From Trypanosoma brucei (lineage: Eukaryota), in the NCBI GenBank assembly GCA_000002445.1, contig CP000070.1:1-64000 (forward strand): DNA of 64,000 nt. Direction: 5' to 3'. How positions within the stretch are numbered: position 1 is the stretch's first letter; the number at the start of each line of letters is the position of its first letter. The notes under the pieces are model-generated. The model made no database searches. It had not been told where the DNA came from and was given only the letters and a program-made list of their open reading frames with translations. Made by a program: the position numbers and the translations under genes. Shown here in pieces: positions 12,313 through 24,285 of the stretch.

Positions 12313-12779
12313 AGTTCTATCTTTTTTGGTTTTTTTTACTATAACTGAAGCGTCGTTACTTTAGTTTGTTCTTCTCTTTGAACCAGCAGTTATTTCACTA
12401 TACGGACCATAACTATTATAAGCAAAGTAGCTGTTTCAGTGTTTTTTTATAATTTGCTATTTTCTTAATTTTTAGTGATGCGGCGGCTATATTTTGATTC
12501 AACCATAACCCTTATTTGCGCCCTACACATAGGCGTTTTTTTTTTACTCCTGTGGCTTTTGTGAATTTCGGCTCTGAATTTTGCGCTACGCGGCTTCAAA
12601 TTTTTTCTTTTACTTTTTTTGACGCTTTTACGTGGTAGTTTCGCTGCGCAAAACAATTTTCTTTTAAAGAACAAATGATTAAAAATGGAGTTATTCGGAA
12701 GTAGGAGATTATCACATTTGGCAATAAAGGGGTAACTGCGCAATCTGCTACTGGAAACGGACGACTCAAGCCGCTCACC

Positions 12780-13110
12780 TTCCAGGGGTGCGCTTTTAAC
12801 CCCAAAGACGCCAAGGGAGTAAGGTGCATATTGATTGAGAAAGACAAACAAGCAGTAGCAAAAGAAGAAGCAACAAAAGAAGGGAAAGATTGAAAAACAC
12901 CTTCAGATAGGTACACAAAACACGGCAACAATAGAGAGGCTTGTGAAAAAGAGAGAACACCAGGGAAACCCGCTCTTTGTGGCTGATTAGCGAGGAAGTG
13001 AGGGGATATGATAAAGACTTTAAATGCCGTGATTCCAGTTTTATACTAAATAAAAAATTTTCTCTGATGGCTGCTGCGTTTGTAGCTTTGCTGTTTTTAA
13101 TTTTTCAAAA
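12780..13110 (+). pseudogene. Orphan VSG 3' fragment: the end of a C-terminal domain plus a GPI signal.
   Basis: It translates to ...KDFKCRDSSFILNKKFSLMAAAFVALLF followed by a stop. A 16-mer variant, TGATATATTTTAATAT, lies at about 13140. No N-terminal domain is found upstream. Confidence 0.6.
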
Positions 13111-13317
13111 ATTAAAAAAATTGCTGTTTTAAGATACGTTGATATATTTTAATATTTTTGAACGAAAATTATAAATTTTTTGGGATAAGTAAAAAAATTG
13201 TAAAATATGCATGATAGTTGTATATGGGTGAAAGGTAGTAAAGTGGAAGAGTATGTAAAACGAGTTGTACTTCGGTTTGTTTTGTTTAGTTTATTATACA
13301 GGTTTTAGGGCAATGTG

Positions 13318-13420
13318 GGTTTTTAATAGTGATAATAGGAAAAGTAATGCAGTAACGTTAACAGTAATTATTGGTGGTGTGTGCTATCAGTGTGCATACA
13401 CCTACATTGTTATGCAAATG
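13318..13420 (+). repeat. Degenerate 70-bp-repeat-like unit.
   Basis: The sequence aatagtgataataggaaaagtaatgcagtaacgttaacagtaattattggtggtgtgtgct has TRR triplets and a GTGTGTG core, but is more diverged than the other three units. Confidence 0.4.
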
Positions 13421-14539
13421 GCGGTTAACCCCTACTGGAAACTAAAAGTAATAGAAAGGGTGCAATGGGAGGAAGTGAGTAAATGAAAAAGAAATGGCAA
13501 AGCATGAGGAATATTATTAATGGAAACGCAGAAAAGCAGACAGAATGAGAGGGAGGGGCGTGTAATATGTGCACTTTCAAACAAAAATATGATGTTAGGC
13601 ATAAACGTAAACAAAGAGATGGTTAATGGGACGCATAGGGAGCTACAGTCCAGTATGAAAGGCAAATGGAGTCGCTACATCGTCTGCATAAGTAATGGTA
13701 AACGAAAAATAAGGAAAATACAGAATGAAACGACAGAAGATGCGACACTACAGATCATGAGAAAGTGATGTGGGAGGACATCCCGTTCCATTTTTTTAAA
13801 TAAAATTGATAGATGCGACTTAAGAAATGATTTTGGCGGCTTTAGTTTTTAATTTAGTGGTGAATCCTAATATCCATCTGTGATTAAGGAGGAAAACTGA
13901 GAAGTTAGGTAAGTGTAAGGTAATGTCAAAGAGTTCATTATTTCAGACAAAATAATAATTGCAAACGTTTGTGAAAACAATATAATTTTATAAGGAGGAA
14001 ACAGTTTAAAACAAGGACTACCAGTGAATTACAGTGGAAAGAAGACTAAGGACAATAACGCGGAAACTGCTTGAAATAGCGCATATGTGAGCCGTTAGAG
14101 GAACTTTATATGAGATGGAAAACGCTTGTAATGATACGTTAACAATTCCATATTGGTACACAGATAAGTCGACGTGATTCGAAGATAGGCTAATTCACAA
14201 AAGGATGATAGAAGATAAAGCTTGACTGGGGCACATAAAGCATGCACAAAAAAAATTCAGCATGCAGCTCAAAAAAAATCACCAAGCCTTGAGCGCAAGG
14301 AGAGCACCCACGCACAGGATTTGAAACAAAAACGAAGGGCGAACAGCGACGATGGAAAGAAGCGCCGTTACTTTGCTATTTCAACGACGGGTACTATAAA
14401 TGAAACCGTGAAAAATAAAACAGATTTAAAACCAGAAATATTAAGTGTTATAGTTATATAGAGAAAGGTTTTCAATATATCTTAGCAATGAGGGAATGGA
14501 AATATAGATATATATATATATAAGATTTCATAAATGATC

Positions 14540-17500
14540 GACCGGATCCGTCAGGATGTTGGAGACGGATATAACCTACAGAGTAGAAGCGGGAGCAAGA
14601 ACACAGCGACGCCAGTTACAGCCTGATCTCAGCAATCTAATACGCTGGACAGTGGAAGCCTATCTCAAGAAAAAGTGGCCGAGAACTCCTAAATTCCGGT
14701 AGAAAGTCGCAACAGAAGCGGCTCCAGTCTTTATGTGAGGCTATAACTGAACCCCTGACACGACCCATGCAAAACCCTCTTTTAAAGAACCGGTCTTACT
14801 GAGAGTAAGAAAGTAGGAAGTACCACACCTCAGTACAGAAAAACTAACGTCAATATTTCACAGCCGTATTCAGAGTAATAAATGCAATAATAGGGAACTC
14901 GCTGCAATTTGTGGCAGTGACGATAATTGTACATTAACTGTCAAGCGAAATGCGGTGACAGCGGAGAGCTTCGAAGACGCGTGCGGTCTATCCATCACCC
15001 TCAGAAAGCACGGCCATTATGCGCAAAAGATGGTGACTACGCTACAGGAAAGGATCTTTCAAACGGAGGACCTTCGAAATAACATTAAAGAGGCCGTCTG
15101 CACTGGAATATCACCAGGCATACGATGCTCGCCTTCAAGCCAACTTTTTTTTTCTCTTCGTGAGGAAGTACTGATCCGCGGCTTACGATACCTGCTTACT
15201 TGCGAAACGTTGGGTGAGGAGTGCAAGGGATGTGCAAACATTGTATGTCACCCACCGCATTCCCCCCGTCAAATATATCGCACAATCATGCAGAAGCTCT
15301 TCGCTGTCGAAGTAGAAAGACAAAGAGAACCGCTACCACCAGTCACCCTAACTTGCTCCCCCAGTTTTTTGTTACATACAACACTATCATCGGACGTGCA
15401 TGCCGATTCGTACGACGGCGTTCAGCTTGAATTATGTAAGAAATTGATTGTAAGGCACTACCGTGCAACGGGAACCCAACTAAATTCCATGCCGCATTTT
15501 GAAGTATGAGCAGACGGATCTGTTTCCTTAGGAATAAAATCAGGGGCTGCCTCAACGACATATAGGAATGACAATCCCATCTCGACGGTTCACTGTGGAG
15601 CCGGAACAATAGCGTGTAGCTACCGACCCGAGTGCATAGTAATGTTCGAGGTTTTGCATAAAATGATAAGCATATTACAACCGAAGGGAGCTCACCCGTG
15701 TAAAATGTCTCTTTCTACTGACCGGCGGTCGCTGTTCGAGGCACTGCGAATGGGAAAAACAGCGGTAAAGGCAGGAATTTTGCGGGAGACTTGGATAGTA
15801 CTCTTGGGTATCGGATATCATAGCACCAGCATCTGCCTTCAGCTTATTTTTGGTCATTGTGGTGTAGAAAAGAATGAATTGACGAACAAAAAAGCGAGGG
15901 CATCTGCAAACGTTCCTCAACAAGACGTTGGGTGAATACCCGACATCACTGCCTTGGAAAAGTGACACCTCATGGCGAGCAGAGAGAAACTGAAGACACA
16001 CAGGTTGGAAATGACCGGTGAATGGCAACCAACTAAAGAAGATTCGCCACGAAACCGATAGAGCAGGCGCAGTCGCCAATTCCGCATTGGGACATCGAAT
16101 ACATATGGATGGTTGCTGTGGAGGATAAACAAAACAGTTCCTAACAAGTGCAGATGGTGTGAGACCCATCCCTGCGCACACTGCGGGAAAATAAATTCCG
16201 ATAGAGCTCACATAGTGTTTCACACGAACCGAATTCACAGTGTACCCTACCATGAGGCATTGCGCCGGTTGAAACATGCTGCAGAACTTGGGGTGTTGCC
16301 TGAAATTTCACCCTATAACCCCTGCCCACTCCACCGAAGTCGTATGTGCTCAGTGTCTGTAACAAATCCTATGGAAACAAAGGAGGGCTCGCATGGCACA
16401 AAACTCGATGCCTTCACGGCAAAACGAGAAAGTTAGACGATGAAATGCCGCAGCAGCGGAAAGATGATGGAAACATCAAACAGCAGAAATGGATTGGCAC
16501 AGGTCGTGGCCTTCAATCCAAGAATGCAGGTGTACTAACATTGCGCAGGCCACAGAAACACCCCATGACCAACGACAGTCCCTTTCCACCCCGCACTGGC
16601 GGAACCATAATCCACAGAATATGATAAAAAAACACACTCCAGTGAGAAATCTGTGGGTTCAAATTGATTTAGCAAAAAGGTTCGACAATACGTCATGGAA
16701 TAAAGAGCAGAGGTCAGCTTTAGCACATCATTCCAGTGGTGGAGAAACGGATAGGCACACAAAGTGAAAACCGACCGCATCAACCCAACACCAATGAACA
16801 AAGTGATAACACCACCAGTTCAACCCCTGGAGAAAATGAAGCGACATATGGACCTCGCAGCTATATATTTCACACGGAAAATGGACTAGTGATAAGTCAC
16901 GGGATGAAATACTGCGAAGTACAACCGCAAACGGAGTCGCAAGGAATAAAAAGGCAACGGTAACTCGAAGAGAATGCAAGTATTCCAACTAAGGGCTCCC
17001 AAGCGCCGGAAAAGAGAGGGCATCCAGTGAACGACCCAGTAGGCACATCTGACCCGCTACAATGCACGCAATGTGGCTTTGTATCCCAATCAAAAGGGGG
17101 AACAACACCACACACCAAGATTCAACGCCGCAGAGGCCATCCACTGGATAGTAACGCCGGTACAAAACGGAGCCGTTCCATCACAGAACAAGAGGTATCC
17201 CTCATTTGGAAAACGGTAACTATAGGTGTAAATGACACCTGTTGCACGCAATGCCATCATACGCATGTATCAAAAGACAGCCTGATGGAGCACTTCGGGG
17301 GAATGCATAGACAGCATCCCTTCTCCGTAGCAAAAGAATCTCCACCACCGCTCCGGAGCTTCAACGTCAGAGGATTTCATCTACACTTCACGTTCGTAAA
17401 CCGAAATCAGACGTCCCACTCAACATCAGGCTCATCTATACATCGCCATCAAAAACATGAAATCTGCGTTGAAAGGAAACATACACACTCCAACGAATGC

Positions 17501-17785
17501 GAAGGGAATCCCACCCACATACTCGTGCGCTCAAGCCTAAAGTGCTCCGCAGTTACTTCGGGCTTGAGAGCGAAAATATGCAGAAGATAGTGTTCACCAA
17601 GAACCTTGCACAATTCCTCCTAGAAATTGAGAAACCCCTTATTCTCTTCCAACATGTACTTTCTTCATTCGAGAGGAACACCCCTATAAAGGAGAATAGA
17701 CTACACAAAATGCTGCCCACTCCTCTGAATGAAAATTGTAAACTCCACTATGCTCTTCTACGTTTGGCTCAAAAAAAAAAAAAGA
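14540..17785 (+). mobile_element. Degenerate non-LTR retroelement remnant (ingi/DIRE-like), 3' portion, ending in poly(A).
   Basis: ORF 15642..15935 has an RNase H-like stretch (HCGVEKNELTNKKARASA). ORF 16113..16436 (CRWCETHPCAHCGK...H...H) and ORF 17027..17590 (CTQCGF...H, CCTQCHHTHVSKDSLMEHFGGMH) carry C2H2/CCHC-type zinc-finger motifs. These are typical of the C-terminus of the ingi/L1Tc polyprotein. The A(13) run at 17769-17781 is consistent with a LINE 3' end. All reading frames are broken. Confidence 0.45.
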
Positions 17786-18499
17786 GGCAGAAGCCTTTCA
17801 CTCTCAAGTACGCTTTTACAGCCATAGCGAATGGTTGAAAATTAAAATTTCAGTAACGCCTACTTGTCTTTTACAGCTAGTTCCGACCCAACCTATAAAA
17901 GTCATTAACAAGACAAATATAGTATTATCTGACACAGATAGTAATGGGCTAATAGCACACTCACAACAGAGCATAATATACAAAGAGAGTTACATAAAAT
18001 TTTTAGCTCTCATGAGATGTCATGGCATCACCAGAGAGCTCTCCAAATAAACCACCGCTATCTTGATAACGGCACTCAGCATTGCTGGCAGTTACTGCTA
18101 AAAAAAAATAGTGATACCACATTCATTATTCATCTTACCAAAACAAATTCATATGATATTATTTATACACTCACATGTTTAAGAATTAAACAATATGCAC
18201 ACGTGTTCATGCACAAACCATAAAAACAAGATGCTACGCAACAATGTTGGTAACGTAACAATAAACTAAAACATACAAAAAAGGGATAGGATTAATAATA
18301 TAACAACACCAGTTTTCACATCTATATAATAGAAACAACCATTGTTTACTTTATCATTATCACCTTAACCGTCGCCCTTTACTCGGTTACTTTGCCATAG
18401 CCCAGCATCACCACCTAGTTTCACCTCAAGAAATGTTTCCTCTGCCTCATGTTGGAATTCTTCCAACTCATGAAGATGACTGTCAGACTCTTTGGCATA

Positions 18500-19700
18500 G
18501 TTCGTCATTTCTTACAGCTGCTCAGTAGCGTTAGTGAGAGGGTTGTACCAAGGGATCCCACCAATTTCAAGTGTGTGATTGTAACTGACACATGTGAGTC
18601 CAGCAGTGTAACCCGTGCAGGTGTGATTATCATTATGTTCTGTTTTCATATAACCAAGGATACCTTTCACCTGATGTCCGCGCTGTTCCAAATTCACTAA
18701 CGCATCAAACTGAGCTAATGCACTCTTTAGGATTCTCACATCGGATGCAACATTCTTGTATACGCAAGCCTTACTAATCACATCCTATGCTTCAGTATGG
18801 TTGTATTTTACTTTTCTAGGGTCGCAGGTATTATAGTTGCTTGGACAATATTCAGCCATCATAGTCCAACTTCCATGTTTCGGTCTCCTTATTTGATCCT
18901 TGCAAGGACAGTTATATCAATTACATACACTATCACTATATTTTCCCCCACCTCTCTCTTCGTTTTCTTCATCTTCCTCTTTCTCTTCTTTTTTCTGCCT
19001 CATTTCGTCAGTCACATAACCTCTCCCACACATAAACAGAAAAAGTCATTAATTAGCGTCTTCCTAACTAACTTGTCTCCGTAACAACCGCAGCTCGTGT
19101 CTGCATTATCTATACTATTGAACAACGGTGGTTTATTCCCCCTCACGGCTTCCTTCAGAGTTTTATTCTCACTTCTTGCCACATCCACAGCGTCGCCATA
19201 CACAGCCCTCAACATATTTTCTTCAGCAGAACGACTTGCATTTAATGCTCTTGTCCTATTCACCTCTATCTGCTCCTTAAGCTTTTTGCCTTCTCAAACA
19301 GTTTCTTTATCTCCTGATATGCTGTCGTGCTGTCAGACGAATCGCTCGAGTCGTTACTGCAACCCGCAGCTTCCGACTCGCTGACCATTTCCTCCAACTT
19401 CTTCAGAATCTCTCCTTCCTTCTCACGATTCTTACAGGAAGGATGTGGTGCCTCTGCTTGTGTGATCCTGTAAATCTTTCACAGTGTCTCGAACTCACCA
19501 ACATTATGATATATTTCACCTTCATTGGCAATGTCCCTAATCGCATCAAAATTTATAGATTCAGTGTTCCTTTTGAACGACCGCAGATCACCTTGAAAAG
19601 GAGATAAAACAGCCACGAACAAACCAATGATAAACACTAATTCGTGCCTCATTGTGATTTTGTTTCTACATTCATCAGTAAAAAAGGGAGAAACAAAACT
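18500..19700 (-). pseudogene. Decayed secreted or surface protein gene fragment (signal peptide plus Cys-containing segments) on the - strand.
   Basis: Reading downstream on the - strand there are three fragments in different frames. ORF 19479..19742 contains MRHELVFIIGLFVAVLSPFQG, which looks like a signal peptide. ORF 19012..19263 reads ...NASRSAEENMLRAV...SCGCYGDK. ORF 18512..18781 reads ...NHTCTGYTAGLTCVSYNHTLEIGGIPWYNPL. The family is not recognised. Confidence 0.3.
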
Positions 19701-22700
19701 CGTCATTATTGTTATTGGCAGACACACACAACAAGCAGACACATTGAAACATAGAAATTAATAAGCGCATGACGCAGCCAACTACAACAGCGCCCAACGA
19801 AAGAGGAAGCGCACCTAAATACACACAGTCAGATGAGCGTACCATCCCAAGACGGATATCAACATTAACCGCCCTCACAAATGCTTTCCCATTGGTTACC
19901 TCACTCTAATTTATGCATTTAATAAACCCACTTTACGAATAACCATACCAGTTCCTCCAATTTTTCAACTACGTCCTTCCGCTGTTTTCTTTATTTCCTC
20001 AACAAGCTTACCTATTCTCTCTTTGGGTACTTGCAGATTTATGCTATGTTTTTCCGCATCCTTCATTGGCTCTATTAGCTTCCGTTGTCACTTAATGGCT
20101 TTACTCGCCAACAGATTAGGTGCTTGATTTGCACACATGTGTTACCTTCATCCAATGAACAAAACTTTGCAACTGAGCCCCATTTGGAATATCCTCCTCC
20201 TTTCATACACATATTGACAATACTCTTTGGTCCTCTCTTTGTAAGCATGGACAGTTTCCTGCTTCCCATTTTCTTAAACAGTACATTAGTTAATATAAAA
20301 GTTGTATCTTTAAAATACCGTCATTGGACACTTATTATTGAAGCCCTTGATGATACGGTGACATTACGGGATATAATTTCAGTCACCAACACAAAAAAAA
20401 AACAACTCCACAATAACAAGAGAGCCTCTTTGTCTCCACCATCATTTATATCATTTACCACACGCAAAATAATCACCATATTTATAGACTGGCAGGTGGA
20501 AAAAAAGGAAGTCACATACGTAATCATCAATCCTGTCAGTGAACTCCCATCACCCTTACTCCACACAAGTTCTTTACATAAGCAAAAAAAAAACTACAAC
20601 GCTACTCATGTGAGCACGAAACTGAATACTTCTTCCTTATTTCACATACAGAGAAAATTCACTAACCCCGCCACCCCAAAATACAGATAGTGGACGAAGG
20701 CCACGGTTATCACAACTCACAATTAAGATAACACAAAGAAGGGACACTCCAACGAAATGGATGATTAGTGACACGAAACATGTGGGTCTGCACAAGCAAA
20801 GTCTTGCATGAATTTTATCTTGGAGTGAGAGGAACGTGTCCGAAAGTATTTTCTGCACGGTAAAATTACTAATATTAGCCACCGTGTTATCGAGACATAT
20901 CGGGTAGCAGCGAAGTACAGTTGCCATAGATTGCGTTGAAACGTGGATAGAAATGGGTGTTGTATCGCATGACAACAAGTACGGAAGGTGGATGACCAAT
21001 AGCAGAGGCAAACATGACAATTTTACCTTACTGGAACCGTTACTCTGAATGTGACGGAACGCAGCGCCGTCACTTGTAACACTTATCACTGCACGTATTT
21101 TCCTCATTGTTCAGCGCATTGGCTCTCAGTCAACCACAAATAGGGGAGACTACTGCCACGGTTCCCATTACTAACTCTGGGTTTTCTGGTGCCAGCGGCG
21201 TCTCATACACACCCATGCCAAGAGCTCAGCCCTTCAAACTATTCAACTAGCCATGTGTAATAAAGTGCACTAGGAAAGTGCATTTTACTAGCTATTCCGC
21301 AAGATGTTCTGCCCTTGGTTCCCAGCCTGAGACAACATTTTATTGCATGTTTGTGTACAAACTTGTCAAATGTTGCCAACGTTACATCCTTCACCTTGTT
21401 GCTCCTGTTCTCCAATCTGTACTCCCTTCACAACCCTGTATCCTTGAATTTGCTTCTTTCTCCTGCTATTATCATTTAAGAAGGGTGAGACCCACCATGT
21501 CCCTGTTGAGCATCCAATACGTGCTTACGCCGGTCCCAAATGAAGTGCCATTAATGCTTCTCTACTTATCCCCATTTCAGTAAAAACATGGCTTGCTATT
21601 CCACCACCTACAACCTGGAACCCCTTTATACCTCTTGGACGTATTCAGACGGGTCTAATGTGGTCTACACAGCGAGACCTGGCTGCATTGGTGTCTCCGT
21701 CTCCTTAGTCCTTTCCTAACTCCACAAGAATTGACTAGCTGAGTGCCATCACACCAAGGGAACTGCACACTGTCCCTTCGGTAGATCATTCCGCAATGTT
21801 ATTTCGACCACCTTGCTACGCAGACTAACCAGTCCCAAGGGGTTTGTTATATTTACCTCCTGCAAGGCAGGCTGCGAAACACGCTCTCGTACGCCACTGC
21901 CCCTCGCTGCCTGCTCATGCATTCGGATTATTCCCATAGTGCGCTCAGACATTCTCTCTAGTCCCTCTCAACCAGCATCAGAAGTTTCGAGTGTGTTTTG
22001 TGATTGAGGGTTCTGAGCAGCTTCTTTCTGGGATACTGGATTGTCTACACCCGCTACAATCTGCAGCTTTTTTCAGGCTTAAACATTCCTTCCTCCGTTT
22101 TCACCGCCGTGCAGACGCAAGCACTTTCGTGTCTCCCTCTTCCCCATTCCAGTTCATCCAGCGTGCTCCGAAAGACTGAATTGCCTGTATCCCGTCGTCA
22201 CGACAATTCCTTTGGTCAAATACGTTGTCCAAGCAGTCTCTGCCTGTCCTGTTTCAGGTTTCTGCCTCAAAAGAGTACGGCCTCACACTGCGCTTGTATG
22301 GGCACTTCACCTTCGCCAGAAACCCCAACTGCCGATATTAAAAATTTGCTTCAAGTAACACATTTGCTTTTGGTATTCATGTCACTTACAATGTCATGCT
22401 ACAGGAAACACAAAACACAAACCAAACACAGCAGCCAGAAACGATAACGCTAAGACATAGTCGTGGGGTAAAGGAAAGAAAAGATAATGTCTGCGTTCAG
22501 GTTCACCTTACCAGCATGTATTTGTAGAATCATGTATATCGTGAAGTATAATGACAAAATTTAAAAAAATCGCACTGCATTTACCAGCTTCCTTTTGAAG
22601 CATTACTGTGTCTGTCGCTCAAGAGTGTACGAAGGTTGTGACTGTTTGCTACCACTAAACACCGCTTACTTCATTAAATAAGCTATGGTTGAGTCCTTGC

Positions 22701-23502
22701 AAAAAGAAAGAAACTAATAACACCTTAGTGAGGGCTCGCTTCAACAAGTTGTGCTTGTTATTTAACATAATGTCAGTGATGTGTAACCTTCCCTAATCCT
22801 TTCCTCAGCACCTGCCTGCTTTTATTAACGGTTTTTTCTTAATTTAACTTCCTCACGTATCGCCACACCGTAAATTTTATTTACTTGTTAATTCATAAGG
22901 ATTAATACTGTTTATGTTTTATTTACGCATGCTAAAAAATACCTTAAGCGTATCGATGGGGTCCTACGTATTGTCAACGAAGCGGCCTGTGTTTATCGGA
23001 AAATTTAAATTTACGATCCCGTTAAGCTTACCTTTACGACTATCCTCACTCCCTTTGCAAAAGCGCTGACTTTGGATATGCAGCAAATTTCCTTACATTA
23101 AAAAAAAAAATCTTCGGTTACACCTTCCCCAGTACCACTGAAGTTAGGTTTCCTTAACCCATTTACTATCACATTTTTCTTGAGTTAGCTTGTTGTTTCT
23201 GATTTCGTACTGGCGGTGCTTTGAGTGGTGGCGCCCTATGCTTTACATGCCTAAAATCATTTATTTATTCTTTACCCCCTAAAATCATTAACTTTGCCTT
23301 TGAATGCTACTCATATTATGGTTATCATCCCATCTTGCAGCATCATCCTCTAAAATATTATGATGTTGTGTAGCTCCACATCTGCTTTTCTTGTAAAGAA
23401 AGTTTCGAGTTAGGTACCAATTTCCATTCTGACCCATGCGTTACACATCGGTAGCATTATTAGACATTCACATGCCGACGCATGGATCCGCGGTGATAGC
23501 CT

Positions 23503-24285
23503 TTAAAAACTTATGAGGGTTAATGCAGCAGAGATCATCACCGCATGCCCTTTGTTTGCAGCACTTTTCTTCTCCTGAGTACTATTTTCTGCTGACTCTT
23601 GCTCACTCAGATTGCGCGTCATCAGCTCCCGGGTACTTTCCTGCTCGGCCCCCGAAACTGTCCTCCGTGCAGGTGGCCGTGATACATCCATACCATCGTC
23701 CCTCATTAACCCTGATGCTGGCTCACTCCTTGCTGGGCTCTGGTCTTTACAACCTCTGCCTTCAAGGTCTCGTTGCTCCCCATCGTGAACTTGTTTTACT
23801 CGTTCTGTTGCTTTCCCGTTTCCCACGGGCGCGTGTGCTGGCTCCCCACGTGAGGATAGATCGGTCAACCGCTCGGTCGGTCCCCGAATTACGGCATCAC
23901 TCGTGTTCTTAGTCTGCGTTTTACCCTCTCGTGGATTATCCAGAGTGACAGATGTCAGATGGGGGGCACCGCCCGAACTTGGGGCTGCGGTCTGCATTTC
24001 TTGACGCTTGGCGCCGGCTATGCTGCCACTTACTGGTTGGCCTTGTATTTTCTGTGGGGTAGAGGTGACAGAATTTGATCGTCTGACAGTCTTGCTTGGG
24101 CCTGTACTCGGTGATCCGCACACCATATTTCTGCCGTCGGGGGACCAAGATTCACTGCATCCACTGTAGGTGGAGACCGTTACTCCCACTCCGCCGGTCC
24201 CCACTTTTAGTGAAGTACCGCGTGATTCAGCGGGTCCTGCGCACGACCTTAGTGTTAACAATGCAGTCACTGCAACTTTTAGCAT
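23503..24285 (-). CDS. Hypothetical Ser/Thr/Gly/Pro-rich protein with a signal-peptide-like N-terminus and a hydrophobic C-terminal tail. It could be mucin-like and GPI-anchored.
   Basis: The ORF is 260 aa. The N-terminus is MLKVAVTALLTLRSCAG. The C-terminus is ...KGHAVMISAALTLISF. The rest is low-complexity and hydrophilic. It could equally be a chance ORF in a GC-rich stretch. Confidence 0.3.
   Translation of the reverse strand: MLKVAVTALLTLRSCAGPAESRGTSLKVGTGGVGVTVSTYSGCSESWSPDGRNMVCGSPSTGPSKTVRRSNSVTSTPQKIQGQPVSGSIAGAKRQEMQTAAPSSGGAPHLTSVTLDNPREGKTQTKNTSDAVIRGPTERLTDLSSRGEPAHAPVGNGKATERVKQVHDGEQRDLEGRGCKDQSPARSEPASGLMRDDGMDVSRPPARRTVSGAEQESTRELMTRNLSEQESAENSTQEKKSAANKGHAVMISAALTLISF

Noticed and set aside
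14955..15509. ORF 14955..15509 as the reverse-transcriptase domain of the retroelement.
   Set aside because: I could not find the RT block motifs (F/YxDD). It may be decayed RT or unrelated sequence. It is kept inside the mobile-element span but not called separately.
20085..21107. ORFs 20085..20690 (+) and 20637..21107 (-) in the decayed zone.
   Set aside because: They have no signal, domain or codon-usage resemblance to neighbouring genes. They are likely chance ORFs in AT-rich decayed sequence.
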